Positions 1-10,147 of a stretch of 64,000 nucleotides of DNA are shown one piece after another. Below the pieces are notes generated by a model. That model searched no databases and was not told the origin of the DNA. It saw nothing but the letters and a program-made list of their open reading frames with translations. The position numbers and the translations under genes were made by a program. Origin of the DNA: an uncultured delta proteobacterium. GTDB lineage: Bacteria > Desulfobacterota > BSN033 > UBA1163. Within the stretch, counting starts at the first letter, position 1; each line of letters starts with the position of its first letter. The DNA is taken from NCBI GenBank assembly GCA_963827685.1, contig CAWHBU010000003.1, positions 672,001 to 736,000 of the forward strand, in the 5' to 3' direction.

Positions 1-912
1 AAATTCCGAAGGAGAATTTAAAAGGTCTCCCATCTTATCAGGATGAATAGACTGTGCCTTTCGATAATAGGCGTTCCTGACATCCGTTGATGACGCATTC
101 TCATTCAAACCGAGAAGGGCAAGGGCCTCACGAATCTCGCCGGCGCTGACCCACTCCGTTTCGATGCAACCAAAACTATACAGAGGAAGAGGCCCGATGA
201 CTTTAAAACAGAGCTTTCCGAGAAAGGTTTGATCCAGACATTGAATCCTGTGATCGAATTCACTTTCCATTTCCTTTCTCAAGAGAAATGCTGTGTTGAG
301 GACCATGATGTCGTCCATGACATCATGGTCACATTGAGATTCAGTGCAACCTTTTAATTGAGAAAGGATTTTATCTTTGGAAAGAACCTTCCTTTTAATA
401 AGGTATTGGTGGACCAACTTTCCCAACTTGATCTTTTCCAAGAGAGCGTCCTCTTCGGATTTTCTTTCGATTATTTCCTGAAGGAACCGAATCTCTGATT
501 CTTCCTCGTAGAGGGCCTTGAATACCTTTTCTCTATCCCACGATGCTACTAACTCAAACTCTACCCTTTCTCGAACCCATGGGAGGAGGGATTTGAAAAG
601 GTTGTAACCTTGGGTCAGTATCTGCTCTACTTCTTTCTCGCTGTGGGCCAATGAACCGAATTTGAATGAAATGATGGGATATGAACCCATCACACTCTCC
701 ACTACCTTCTGGTGATCTAATAAATATCGTATGACAACATCCTTAGTCATTGTCTTATAGTCTGTAAAAGGGGTGTTGCTGACAATCGCAGATAATTCTT
801 TATAAGTTACCAAATAGGCCTCATTATCTTGGTTCCCAACCCTGATGGGACCGATATTCAAATTTCCGGACGCGCCTATCACACCATATAAATGTTTCCA
901 TCCATCTTTCAT
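1..912 (-). CDS. GvpL/GvpF-family gas vesicle protein with C-terminal J-domain (runs off the window edge)
   Basis: Not in ORF track; both ends translated by hand in one frame. ATG at 912 overlaps the stop of the upstream regulator. MKDGWKHLYGVIG...HQKVVESVM...FKFG, then GPLPLYSF (GvpL/F terminal motif), then ALALLGLNENASSTDVRNAYYRKAQSIHPDK. Confidence 0.85.
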   Translation of the reverse strand, partial: MKDGWKHLYGVIGASGNLNIGPIRVGNQDNEAYLVTYKELSAIVSNTPFTDYKTMTKDVVIRYLLDHQKVVESVMGSYPIISFKFGSLAHSEKEVEQILTQGYNLFKSLLPWVRERVEFELVASWDREKVFKALYEEESEIRFLQEIIERKSEEDALLEKIKLGKLVHQYLIKRKVLSKDKILSQLKGCTESQCDHDVMDDIMVLNTAFLLRKEMESEFDHRIQCLDQTFLGKLCFKVIGPLPLYSFGCIETEWVSAGEIREALALLGLNENASSTDVRNAYYRKAQSIHPDKMGDLLNSPSEF

Positions 913-1301
913 CGTTTCCCCTTTTTCACCGGTTTACACACCCTTCCCAAAGCCTCTTTCACAAGAGATTTGAGATTGAAAAGGTCAAAGGGCTTGGTGA
1001 GGTAATCATACGCTCCTAACTGCATAGCCTTTCTTGCCGTTTCAAGGGTTCCATAGGCCGTGAGCATAATCACAACGATTTCTTTCTTCATCTTCTTAGT
1101 TCTTTTAAGCACCTCTAACCCATTCATCCTCGGCATTTTTATATCCAATAGAATCAGGTCAGGTTTCTCTTCTTTTACTAAGTGGAGTGCTCTTTTCCCA
1201 TCGAATGCAATGAGCACCCGATAGTGATTCTGAGATAAACTATCAGAGAGGATTTTACATAATTCTTTTTCATCATCTACAATGAGAATCGTTTTTTTCA
1301 T
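909..1301 (-). CDS. Single-domain response regulator
   Basis: ILIVDDE, DLILLDIKMP, MLTAYG, KPF receiver motifs. Confidence 0.92.
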   Translation of the reverse strand: MKKTILIVDDEKELCKILSDSLSQNHYRVLIAFDGKRALHLVKEEKPDLILLDIKMPRMNGLEVLKRTKKMKKEIVVIMLTAYGTLETARKAMQLGAYDYLTKPFDLFNLKSLVKEALGRVCKPVKKGKR

Positions 1302-1786
1302 TTCCTTTTACCCTTTTCTCTGCGAAAACTAATCTCAAAAATACCATTCCTATAATTCGTTTGAATATCGTCCTCCTCCACTACAAAAGGTAAAAGCATC
1401 TCTTTCATATATTTCTTTGAACCGAATTTATCCTGAGAACGAATAGAAAAAATATCATTGCTTATTTCCCAATGAATATCCTCTTTTTTCAAATCGGGTA
1501 ACTCAGCCATGATGACCAGGTTGTCCGTTTTCTCAAACACATTCGTTTTAGGATCCTTAACCCTTTCTACAAACAAGGTCTTCCCATTCGATTTCTGATA
1601 TCGGGTAAACTTTGGTTTTGTTGAAAATGACCATACCCTTGGAGCGCTGATGCTCCCTCCACCTTTTTTGAAATATCTCTTTTTTGAGTCTCGTCCGAGC
1701 CTTTTGGGAGCCTCTCTGTTTTCTGGTATTCTTGCCCGGTATAGCGACGTAGTAATATCATGAATTCCCTTAACTTTCTTTTTCAT
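1298..1786 (-). CDS. Hsp20/alpha-crystallin family protein (GvpH-like)
   Basis: C-terminal NVFE..AELP...KEDI...YRNGIFEI pattern; located in gvp cluster. Confidence 0.75.
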   Translation of the reverse strand: MKKKVKGIHDITTSLYRARIPENREAPKRLGRDSKKRYFKKGGGSISAPRVWSFSTKPKFTRYQKSNGKTLFVERVKDPKTNVFEKTDNLVIMAELPDLKKEDIHWEISNDIFSIRSQDKFGSKKYMKEMLLPFVVEEDDIQTNYRNGIFEISFRREKGKRK

Positions 1787-2390
1787 CCGGAAACAAGCCT
1801 TCTTTGAAAGGAAGCCTATATATGACGTATTCTATTTCGATATCTTTAGGTAATTTTTCATTCACCCTGTGAGTAATTCCTATGAAAAGTAGCCCCGTCT
1901 CACCTTCCCGTAAAGTTTTGTCAATTCGCTGGGCAATATATGAATCCCTCTTCTGCAGTATGCTTTTTGCTAACCGTTGATACTTCCTTTTCACTTCTGG
2001 CTTGTCCAAATCAGCCGAAGCATTCTTTAAATAGGTATATTCTTCCAAAAGCAGTTTCGGAGCCTCTGTCCCTTCTAATTTTGCACCTAACTGGATAAGC
2101 TCCATAAGGATTTGGTGGTTTCTGCTGCCCATCTTGACCAATTCTTGGACTAAGTCCATCTCCTTTCCGCATACAGGCAATCCATCTTGATACAACCGCG
2201 TATTTTGGTAATCCAAATCTAATTCAAAGACCTTTTTACGAATCCCTTGCCAGAAATCTTCTATGATTCTGTTATGTTCTTCCCATTTTTGAGTGCCAAA
2301 CCTTCTGATATATTCAGCTTTTAATGTTCCATAAAGCGACCCCATATCAACTCCTGTATGGATGATAGGGATGTATTTCAGTCTTCTCAT
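1770..2390 (-). CDS. Hypothetical protein of the gas-vesicle operon
   Basis: 206-aa ORF tightly packed with both neighbours. Confidence 0.7.
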   Translation of the reverse strand: MRRLKYIPIIHTGVDMGSLYGTLKAEYIRRFGTQKWEEHNRIIEDFWQGIRKKVFELDLDYQNTRLYQDGLPVCGKEMDLVQELVKMGSRNHQILMELIQLGAKLEGTEAPKLLLEEYTYLKNASADLDKPEVKRKYQRLAKSILQKRDSYIAQRIDKTLREGETGLLFIGITHRVNEKLPKDIEIEYVIYRLPFKEGLFPDEKES

Positions 2391-2391
2391 C

Positions 2392-4524
2392 TCAGGGCCT
2401 TTCGGAGTGAATAGATCTCAAGGCCGCTTCAAAGTCATCATAGGTTATGAACAACTCTTTTGATTTATCTCCGGCGATAAACCGGCGAATCGCATTCATC
2501 GAGGCCTTTCGGCATAGTGACTGGATGTCAGAGCCTACCAATCCATCGCTCCGGCCGGCCAGTGTTTTTAAGTCAACCCCTTTATCAAGGGGTTTGTCCT
2601 TCGTATGAATTTTAAAAATTGAAAGCCTCGTCTTTTCATCAGGAATGGGAAGCTCGAACAAGAGGTCAAATCGGCCGCTTCTGAGAAGTGCCGGATCGAC
2701 AATATCCAATCGGTTCGTAGCTGCCAGAACAACGACTCCTCTTAATTCCTCTATGCCATCCATCTCGGTTAGAAATTGGCTGATCACCCTTTCCGTTACA
2801 TGGGAGTCCGTGCTGCTTGTCCCTCTTTTAGGAACCAGGCTATCGATCTCGTCGAAAAAGAGTATGGTAGGAGATGCCTGCTTTGCCTTTTTAAAGACCT
2901 CTCTGACACCTCGTTCGCTCTCTCCAACGTACTTCGATATCAGGCTCGGCCCTTTGACGGAGATGAAATTGACGCCACTCTCATTGGCAACGGCCTTTGC
3001 AAGTAGCGTCTTGCCAGTACCCGGCACCCCGCAAAGGAGAATTCCTTTGGGCGGATTGGTATTTGCCTTTTTGAAAACCTCGGGGTATTTAAGGGGCCAT
3101 TCGATGGCTTCTTTGAGCTGTTCTTTCATATCATCAAGGCCGCCTATATCCTCCCATTTCACGTCAGGGATTTCGACAAAGAATTCTCTTATGGCAGAAG
3201 GTTCTACCTCTGTCATCGCCTCTAAAAAATTATCCATCGTAACTTGAAGCTCCATGAGCGTCTCATAAGGAATATCCGCCAGCTCAAAATCTATCTTGGG
3301 TAGGATCTTTCTTAAAGCCGACATGGCTGCCTCTCTGGCTAATGCCTCGATGTCTGCCCCAACAAATCCATGGGTAATATCGGCTAACTTTTCAAGAGTT
3401 ACATCTTCTGATAGAGGCATTCCCCTTGTATGGATCTGAAGTACTTCAAGCCTTCCATTCCGGTCCGGGATCGGAATCGATATCTCTCGGTCAAACCGTC
3501 CGGGGCGCCTCAAGGCAGGATCTATTGTATTGGGGATATTCGTCGCTGCGATGACAATAATTTCACCCCTTGATTCCAGCCCATCCATCAGGGCCAGGAG
3601 CTGGGCCACCACCCTTCGCTCCACCTGCTTTTCTCCCCCCATCTCCTCCCTTTTTGGCGCAATCGCATCGATCTCATCGATAAAGATAATGGCCGGGGCA
3701 TGTTTTTGGGCGTCCTCGAAGACCGCTCTCAAACGGGCCTCGCTCTCTCCGTAGAATTTTCCCATGATCTCGGGACCGCTGATATGGGTGAAATAGGCTT
3801 CCGTTTCGTTGGCAACGGCACGGGCGATCAGAGTCTTTCCGCAACCCGGAGGACCATATAAAAATACCCCCTTCGGGGCATCGATCCCTAACCTCTTAAA
3901 CACCTCCGGATATTTGAGAGGCAACTCGATCATCTCTCTGATCCGCTGTATCTGGGTTTGGAGTCCGCCGATATCTTCATAAGAGACCCGCGCCTCTTTG
4001 GTCTCTTTTGTTCCTTTGATCTCCATTCGGATCAGGGTGGTCGGTTCGATGACGACAATGCCGTCAGGGCTTGTATCCAGTACCTTGAAATCGCAAGATC
4101 TGGCCCCAAAAAGGGTAGCCCTCACCTTGTCTCCAACTGTAAGGGGAAGGCCTTCCATTAACGAACCGATGTACTTAACATCTTTCTCCTTCTGAAATGA
4201 GCCGACCGAAGTGATCGGGGATAGAGTGATCCTGGTTGCAGGCCTGTGCGAAGTTTTCTGAGTGGTTATCTTTTCATCTAACCCCACTTGGGCATTTTCT
4301 CTCAAGATCCCGTCTATTTGGACAATTCCTTTTCCTCGCTCTTCCAGAAATAGAGGCATCGCCTTGGCAGGAGTCCTTCTCTTTCCTTCGATCAACACCA
4401 CTTCGCCCACATCAATGCCAATGCTTTTCATATCTTTAGGGTCTATTCTGGCAATTGCCCTTCCTGCATCTTTAGGTAAGGCTTCCTTTACTTTTAGTGT
4501 TAGGGTTGTGTTGTCTTTTTTCAT
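2392..4524 (-). CDS. CDC48/VCP-family AAA+ ATPase
   Basis: N-domain ([10 protein letters not shown]), two AAA modules ([16 protein letters not shown]), Walker B FIDEID/FFDEID, RRPGRFD. Confidence 0.95.
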   Translation of the reverse strand: MKKDNTTLTLKVKEALPKDAGRAIARIDPKDMKSIGIDVGEVVLIEGKRRTPAKAMPLFLEERGKGIVQIDGILRENAQVGLDEKITTQKTSHRPATRITLSPITSVGSFQKEKDVKYIGSLMEGLPLTVGDKVRATLFGARSCDFKVLDTSPDGIVVIEPTTLIRMEIKGTKETKEARVSYEDIGGLQTQIQRIREMIELPLKYPEVFKRLGIDAPKGVFLYGPPGCGKTLIARAVANETEAYFTHISGPEIMGKFYGESEARLRAVFEDAQKHAPAIIFIDEIDAIAPKREEMGGEKQVERRVVAQLLALMDGLESRGEIIVIAATNIPNTIDPALRRPGRFDREISIPIPDRNGRLEVLQIHTRGMPLSEDVTLEKLADITHGFVGADIEALAREAAMSALRKILPKIDFELADIPYETLMELQVTMDNFLEAMTEVEPSAIREFFVEIPDVKWEDIGGLDDMKEQLKEAIEWPLKYPEVFKKANTNPPKGILLCGVPGTGKTLLAKAVANESGVNFISVKGPSLISKYVGESERGVREVFKKAKQASPTILFFDEIDSLVPKRGTSSTDSHVTERVISQFLTEMDGIEELRGVVVLAATNRLDIVDPALLRSGRFDLLFELPIPDEKTRLSIFKIHTKDKPLDKGVDLKTLAGRSDGLVGSDIQSLCRKASMNAIRRFIAGDKSKELFITYDDFEAALRSIHSERP

Positions 4525-4565
4525 TGAAAATGCCCTTAGGCTTTACCCGCACCCTTGTTCATAAC

Positions 4566-5510
4566 TCATGCCGCAAAGACCATACTCCCGATATTTTTCA
4601 AGGCATCTATCCCTTTTATCTCATGGGGCTGGAGGAAAAGAATCGTTATTTTCAAATCGCTAAATTTTTCTCTTATCTGTCCTATATATTTATCCTGCTC
4701 TTCTCTCCTTACCTGACAAAAATGGCAGTCAGCCTGCTCCGGGATAACATTATTGATTACCATCTGTTTTACCTTCATCCCATATTGATCCAAACTTTTT
4801 ATCATCCTTTCCGTCTCTTTAATCGCCATATCCTCTGGTATGGTCACGATAATGAATTCACACCTGCTTTGACCCCTGAGAAGACCTTCAATCTTTTTAA
4901 CTGTCTTTTTCATACTCATAAGGAAATCATCGGCACTATCAGGCTTATATTTCCCGGCAAAGCTTGTGACCATATATCTGTATTTCCATCTCATCTTTGC
5001 CATCACCTTTATCCAGTCATCTAAAAGCTCCGGGAAGGTCAAAAGCCTTAGGGCATGGCCTGTTGGTGCTGTATCGACTATGTATTTATCAAATTTCCCC
5101 TCTTCAATTAAGTCCACAATCGTCTTAAATCCCATGACCTCGTCTATCCCCGGAATAGGCAGAGCAAGTATGGAATCTATATCCTCTCCGTCTAAATAAG
5201 TACTCGTATCAAGAAGTCTTCTTAACTCATCCTCATATTCTATTTTGAAATTCGATAATGCCTTCTCCGCGCTTATCTCCACAGCACTTAATTTATCCAC
5301 ACCTTCTATCTGCTTTATCTCGTCTCCTATCTCCTTCCCTAGACTGTCTGAAAGAGAATGGGCTGGGTCAGTAGAGATAAGGAGGGTATTTTTATTGTTA
5401 TTTGCTAAATACAGTCCAGCACTTGAGGCACAGGTAGTCTTTCCCACACCTCCTTTTCCGCCGAATAAAATCAGTTTTAATGACGACTCTAAAAGTCCAG
5501 TTAATGCCAT
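4566..5510 (-). CDS. ArsA/GET3-family ATPase, single domain
   Basis: GKGGVGKTT, STDPAHSL, DTAPTGH, C-terminal CHFC. Confidence 0.92.
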   Translation of the reverse strand: MALTGLLESSLKLILFGGKGGVGKTTCASSAGLYLANNNKNTLLISTDPAHSLSDSLGKEIGDEIKQIEGVDKLSAVEISAEKALSNFKIEYEDELRRLLDTSTYLDGEDIDSILALPIPGIDEVMGFKTIVDLIEEGKFDKYIVDTAPTGHALRLLTFPELLDDWIKVMAKMRWKYRYMVTSFAGKYKPDSADDFLMSMKKTVKKIEGLLRGQSRCEFIIVTIPEDMAIKETERMIKSLDQYGMKVKQMVINNVIPEQADCHFCQVRREEQDKYIGQIREKFSDLKITILFLQPHEIKGIDALKNIGSMVFAA

Positions 5511-6056
5511 TCATTTTTTGATTCTAACTTCTAACACGCCATTCTTGTAAGTATAAGAAAGGGCTTCCTTCTTGACCTGTATGGGAAGTAGAACCTCTTT
5601 GTGATATTTCCTTTCACCGCTTCGGGCTGAAATATCCAGGATATCCCCTTTCAGATCGAACTTTATATCCTCTTCATTGACTCCTGGCATCTCAGCGTAG
5701 ATTCGAACCTCTTCCTTTTCGTCAAAGACATCTGTCATCGGTTCTCTCTCTTCCTCGACGGTAGGTCCTTTAGGGGTCTTCTTAATGTTACCAAAAGGTT
5801 CCACGATTGGCTTTCCACCTACTGCCGTCTTTATAGAGAAACCAAAAACTCCCTTCATACCTTCTTTAAGATGACCTAGGTCAATCTCACCTTCTTTCTT
5901 GATTTCGCCACCAGCGTCTTTCAAATCTGCGGCAAGATCTACTAACTTCTCAATGCCTTTAAATAAACCTCCCAGGCTTAACTTGCCTATCCCAAAATCA
6001 ATGTCCAAATCTTCATCTTCCTTTTTGCCCTTTTTCTTCACCATTGGCCCCTCCAT
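5511..6056 (-). CDS. Hsp20 small heat-shock protein (GvpH-like)
   Basis: REPMTDVFDE...AEMPGV...YKNGVLEV. Confidence 0.88.
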   Translation of the reverse strand: MEGPMVKKKGKKEDEDLDIDFGIGKLSLGGLFKGIEKLVDLAADLKDAGGEIKKEGEIDLGHLKEGMKGVFGFSIKTAVGGKPIVEPFGNIKKTPKGPTVEEEREPMTDVFDEKEEVRIYAEMPGVNEEDIKFDLKGDILDISARSGERKYHKEVLLPIQVKKEALSYTYKNGVLEVRIKK

Positions 6057-6071
6057 TCTTCCTATGAATCA

Positions 6072-6377
6072 TTAATAATGTATCTCCATTTTTTTTAAAC
6101 TTCTTACAGAAACGTCCCTGTTAGTTTTTATCTTCTTTCCCTCATGACTCTCTTTTTGGAGGCTTTCGATATGTTTTGCAATGCCATTCAATTCTCTATC
6201 CGCAGCCGTCCTTCTTTTCTCCAACGCGAAGATTTCCTTCTCTAACCTATCCTTCTCCCTATTGAGTACATATAAGTCTAAATAGCCTGATCTTTGAACC
6301 TTCGGAATAGACCGGGCGCCTACAGAATGAATACTTTTTATATCTCTAAGGCTTAATATTTGTTGTATTCCTCTCAT
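6072..6377 (-). CDS. Small coiled-coil gas-vesicle accessory protein (GvpV-like position)
   Basis: 101 aa directly downstream of gvpN; RBS GGGAGG. Confidence 0.65.
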   Translation of the reverse strand: MRGIQQILSLRDIKSIHSVGARSIPKVQRSGYLDLYVLNREKDRLEKEIFALEKRRTAADRELNGIAKHIESLQKESHEGKKIKTNRDVSVRSLKKMEIHY

Positions 6378-6415
6378 TTAACATGCCTCCCCATCCCCAA
6401 AAAATAATGAAACGA

Positions 6416-7333
6416 CTATTCGCTATACTCTATAACTAATTCCTTAACTATCTCTCTTATCCTGTCCTGATTTGTCTTTGATCCTACCCTGCTTGTCTCG
6501 GAGGCCAATATATCCTGGCATATCTGCATAAAGTGACCATTGGTATTTGCGGGCGTCATCTCTTGAATTTTGAGTGTCTTGGCAATCATAATGCAACCAC
6601 GAACGGTGGGAGGGAATTCACACTTGCCAGATTGTCTTAATCCTCTAACAATGTTAACGATCGTCTCAGCATTTTGCCTTGAAAGCCTGGACTTTGCCCG
6701 AGTGATGGCAACCTCTGTTTCATAGTCAAAGTATTCCAAATCCATTGTAATCATTCTGTCACGAAGCGCATCCTGGCTCCGATGTACGCCTGCATACTCT
6801 TCAGGGTTTGAAGTAAAGAGGGCTGTAAAATCTGGGTGAACCCTTAAATACGGTTCTTCGCCACCCCTGCCGACCGGTAAATCCATCATCTTCTCCTGCA
6901 AAATAGAAAGAAGTATATTATTGGCTTCTGGTCGCGAGCGGGTGAACTCATCATAGATTAAGGTAAATCCATATTTACAGGCTACTGTCAAGCGGTTATC
7001 CACCCATCTTTTTACCATATCCTCTTCTGTCTTCAGAACTCTCGAGATAAAGCGGTCCACCACCTTTCTGAATCTGTAGCCATATTCACCTCCCACCAAA
7101 TCAGAGGTTGTGAACTCTTCATCCCCGTGGATCATCACCACAGACCTTTTAAGTTTGCTGGCGACATGCATCGCCAATGTCGTTTTGCCGGTTCCAGAAG
7201 CCCCTCTAAAGTGAACAGGGAACCCGGCCTTGATATAGGAGAGAGCCCTGCTGGTAATATCTTTTATGTACTTTGTTTCCACAAAGTCTGACAAAGGACT
7301 GGGGTCAAGTACGGTCGTTATCTCATCAATCAT
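6416..7333 (-). CDS. gvpN: Gas vesicle AAA ATPase GvpN
   Basis: PVHFRGASGTGKTTLA, YDEFTRSRPEANN, TSNPEEYAGVH, QDALRDR. Confidence 0.96.
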   Translation of the reverse strand: MIDEITTVLDPSPLSDFVETKYIKDITSRALSYIKAGFPVHFRGASGTGKTTLAMHVASKLKRSVVMIHGDEEFTTSDLVGGEYGYRFRKVVDRFISRVLKTEEDMVKRWVDNRLTVACKYGFTLIYDEFTRSRPEANNILLSILQEKMMDLPVGRGGEEPYLRVHPDFTALFTSNPEEYAGVHRSQDALRDRMITMDLEYFDYETEVAITRAKSRLSRQNAETIVNIVRGLRQSGKCEFPPTVRGCIMIAKTLKIQEMTPANTNGHFMQICQDILASETSRVGSKTNQDRIREIVKELVIEYSE

Positions 7334-7352
7334 TTTGTCTCACCTCTGATTT

Positions 7353-7694
7353 CTATCTCGTCTTGGTCTTTTTGTTTCTCAGGGTCCCCTCCATCTTTTT
7401 CCAGATGTTGCTTGCTTCAGCCAAATCTGCCCTTACTTCCTTCTCCCTCTTCCTGAAGTCTTCCCTCAGGGCATTGACATGTCTAATCAATACTTCTCTG
7501 CCCTCCTTCAAATCTTTTTCTAACTCCTCTTTCATCTCCCCATGTAATTTCTTAGAATCGGCTAAAAACCTCCTCGCATGATCTCGAATGGTATCAGCCT
7601 CTCCTTTTAGATGTTGAATGGTGTTCTTTCTGGATTCGCGACCCGTTTTAATATCTTCGCAGAGTGACTTCATACCACCGGCTATATTATCCAT
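7353..7694 (-). CDS. GvpC-like helical protein (short)
   Basis: Charged helical 113 aa; N-terminus resembles the two upstream ORFs. Confidence 0.6.
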   Translation of the reverse strand: MDNIAGGMKSLCEDIKTGRESRKNTIQHLKGEADTIRDHARRFLADSKKLHGEMKEELEKDLKEGREVLIRHVNALREDFRKREKEVRADLAEASNIWKKMEGTLRNKKTKTR

Positions 7695-7866
7695 CGGTCA
7701 GCCTCCCTTTATATTTCTCCTCGCCTCCACCCATACGATGAGGGAAATTCCCATTGGCCTCGTAGCTCCAGCGCCAGAATGGGAACCCCTTTCACTTCTT
7801 CCCTTAAGGGTGATAACAGCCTTTCCCCCACAAATAGATCAGATCACTCACGCTCTCTTCTTTCCT

Positions 7867-8580
7867 TTAACTTTTAACTTTCCCTCTTCCTTTTTTGCTT
7901 TTGCCTTTTTTCTCAACAGCCTCTTCCACTGTCGTTCCACTTTCTCTGGCTTCAACCTTCATCCCAACAGATCCACCTTTTCTTGCCTTGGCTAACGTAG
8001 AAGCCATACCTCCCCAAAGGTGAGAGGCGCTGTTGATATCCTTTCTGCAGCCAGCCATCTCATCCTGGAAGTGAGCTATTAGCCTCTTGACTTCACTTGT
8101 CATTCTACTGGTGAATTTGGCAAGGTCCTTCTTCTGTTGTTCGCTCATTTCAGCATGAGCCTCATCAAACTCTTTGAGTCTGTTCTCAATGTAGGTCTCA
8201 ATCTCTTTTACCTCTTTAGCAAGTCTGCTCTTGAGGTCCTTCGACATCTTGCCCCGGTCCTCTTGAAAACCACTCAACATGGAACCCACATTCTTCGTCA
8301 GATCCTTAATAAAATCCGTCAGATGTTTTGCCTGTTCCTCACTCATCTGTCGGTGATCCCCTCGGAACCCTTTGAGCATATCTTCGACACTTTTTGATAA
8401 ACCCCTTGAGAAACGGGCCAAGCTTTCCGCCTGCTCTCCTGCCATCTTCTTCCTATTGGAGGCAAACCCTTTTAAGGTTTTTCGGGTATCCACCACTAAA
8501 TCCCCCAGTGCCCTAACCCGCGCATCATAGGAAGCAATGATATTCTCAGTAATACCTTTCATGCTCTCAGCCATTTCCAT
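7867..8580 (-). CDS. GvpC-like helical repeat protein
   Basis: Start reassigned to ATG 8580 (RBS AAGGAGG); repeats such as MLKGFRGDHRQMSEEQAKHL / MLSGFQEDRGKMSKDLKSRL. Confidence 0.7.
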   Translation of the reverse strand: MEMAESMKGITENIIASYDARVRALGDLVVDTRKTLKGFASNRKKMAGEQAESLARFSRGLSKSVEDMLKGFRGDHRQMSEEQAKHLTDFIKDLTKNVGSMLSGFQEDRGKMSKDLKSRLAKEVKEIETYIENRLKEFDEAHAEMSEQQKKDLAKFTSRMTSEVKRLIAHFQDEMAGCRKDINSASHLWGGMASTLAKARKGGSVGMKVEARESGTTVEEAVEKKGKSKKGRGKVKS

Positions 8581-8635
8581 TTTATTCCCTCCTTTTCTTT
8601 CCAGGATGCTGAACCTCACTTCTTGTGAGGTCATC

Positions 8636-9361
8636 TTATCCTGCCGATGGTGTTGTTCCTCGATGACCCAGTTTAATTTGCATCGTCCGCCAATTTTGGG
8701 CCGTTTCTTTTCTTCCTTTTTTGAATTCACCGAGTATATGACGAACCTCTTTTCTTCTCCCCCCTTGAAGAGCTAACCTTTCCTTATATCGGGCATTAAA
8801 TTCCTTAAGCATTGATTTGAAATCCCTTATCCGAAGCTCCTTTCCTTTAGCTAAAAGTTCTTTAAGCCTTGATGTCAACACGATCTGTTCTTTTTTAAAC
8901 TCTTTTAGTCTAAGGGTGACCTCATTTTTTCTCTCCTCTTGCTTAAGAAGGATCTCTTTAATCATCTCTTGGAACTCTTTGACCCTCTGTGCCTCACCTT
9001 TGGCAAGAGAGTCTTTAAACTTCCCCAAGTTTTCCCTTAAATTCTTCGCTATTTCTTTCTGTTCATGGAGGTAACTATTTAACAGATCCCTTACTTCTCT
9101 TTTCCTATCATTTTGCGCTAAAAGAATACCTTCCATCAAATTGTCAAAATCCTTCCGCCGTAGAGATTTGTTTTTCGCAAGATTCTCCCGTAATTCTCCA
9201 TTCAGTTTTTCTCTTTCTTCTCTTGTGTCAAGGAGGGAATCATGAAAACCTTGGAGGACTTGATGGGTGGTATCAAAGAAGGTTCCGATGCTCTCGATTC
9301 TGGTTTCGTAAGAGGAAACTATCTGGTCGACCACGTTTTTCATATCTTTTGCTAAGGGCAT
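8636..9361 (-). CDS. GvpC-like / coiled-coil gas-vesicle protein
   Basis: Start reassigned to ATG 9361 (MPLAKDMKNVVDQIVSSYETR); directly after gvpA. Confidence 0.65.
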   Translation of the reverse strand: MPLAKDMKNVVDQIVSSYETRIESIGTFFDTTHQVLQGFHDSLLDTREEREKLNGELRENLAKNKSLRRKDFDNLMEGILLAQNDRKREVRDLLNSYLHEQKEIAKNLRENLGKFKDSLAKGEAQRVKEFQEMIKEILLKQEERKNEVTLRLKEFKKEQIVLTSRLKELLAKGKELRIRDFKSMLKEFNARYKERLALQGGRRKEVRHILGEFKKGRKETAQNWRTMQIKLGHRGTTPSAG

Positions 9362-9469
9362 CTGTTTCGTTTCTTCCTTTCTGTTCAACAAGGAGGAATT
9401 TCTTGGCGAGACATGCTTTTCCCCTTCCTTTGGCGGGGTGAGGATGGCTCGGCAAGAACTCCTTTTGAT

Positions 9470-9518
9470 CCCGCACCTTCTTACCTTCATCCTGAACTAA
9501 CATGGATGAAGGTGCGGG
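9470..9518 (-). terminator. Stem-loop downstream of gvpA (attenuator or mRNA stabiliser)
   Basis: ACCTTCATCC / GGATGAAGGT inverted repeat, with an alternative partner CCCGCACCTTC for GAAGGTGCGGG. Confidence 0.55.
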
Positions 9519-9531
9519 GTTGACCTTCTCC

Positions 9532-9738
9532 TTAGGCTGCTGTGGCTGTTAAACCAATGGCCTCAGCATACTTCAGGTAGGTCTCGACTGATGCCGCCAC
9601 GACTCTGGCCTCGATAGCGAGTATTTCAATACCCACCAAAGAGACTCTTACCCAGGCATCAACCACGACCCCCTTGTCCAGGATTCGGTCAATCACCTCG
9701 ACCAAACTGGAAGATCCAATCGCTTTTTCCATAGCCAT
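9532..9738 (-). CDS. gvpA: Major gas vesicle structural protein GvpA
   Basis: [55 protein letters not shown]; RBS GGAGGTG. Confidence 0.98.
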   Translation of the reverse strand: MAMEKAIGSSSLVEVIDRILDKGVVVDAWVRVSLVGIEILAIEARVVAASVETYLKYAEAIGLTATAA

Positions 9739-9821
9739 ATCTGTTCACCTCCCTTCTTTCTGGATTTTTTGCAGCGCAAGGATAGCGCTCCAAATGGGGT
9801 TGAAAAGACATTCTATAACAA

Positions 9822-9837
9822 AGCAAAAGCTGTGCCA
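9822..9837 (-). promoter_or_regulatory. Sigma-54 (-24/-12) promoter of the gvp operon
   Basis: TGGCAC-AGCTT-TTGCT upstream of gvpA; NtrC-family gene adjacent. Confidence 0.85.
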
Positions 9838-9922
9838 TAAAGAAGAGAAGGACTTTTTACTCACGGTAAGGTCAAAGTTAGACTGATATTTCGGAATTCA
9901 TTTTGAAAATAATCTTGATCCG

Positions 9923-10003
9923 AAAATCCCCCTGAGTCCCCCTTTTCCAAAGGGGGAAAATTCAGAATCTCCCTTTGTAAAGGGAGATTTAGAGGGATTT
10001 TTC
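9923..10003. repeat. REP-like composite palindrome
   Basis: CCCCCTTTTCCAAAGGGGG and CTCCCTTTGTAAAGGGAG hairpins enclosed by AAAATCCC...GGGATTTT. Confidence 0.6.
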
Positions 10004-10147
10004 TAACCGATGCTTAAGGGGATTTTAACGGAGCCATGCTCTTTGCTTTCTGAAAGGGGCGATTTCATATTATGTTATAATCTCGAACTTAGAGAAGGTG
10101 AGGAGCAATCTTAATTTTGAAAGATTCTATGGTGAAGTTTCCATAAT

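Noticed and set aside
4566-5510. ArsA as an arsenic resistance gene
   Set aside because: Single-domain protein within the gvp operon, with no arsB/acr3/arsC/arsD/arsR nearby.
8581-8730. Apparent overlap between two gvp ORFs
   Set aside because: Disappears when the start is placed at ATG 8580 with its strong RBS.
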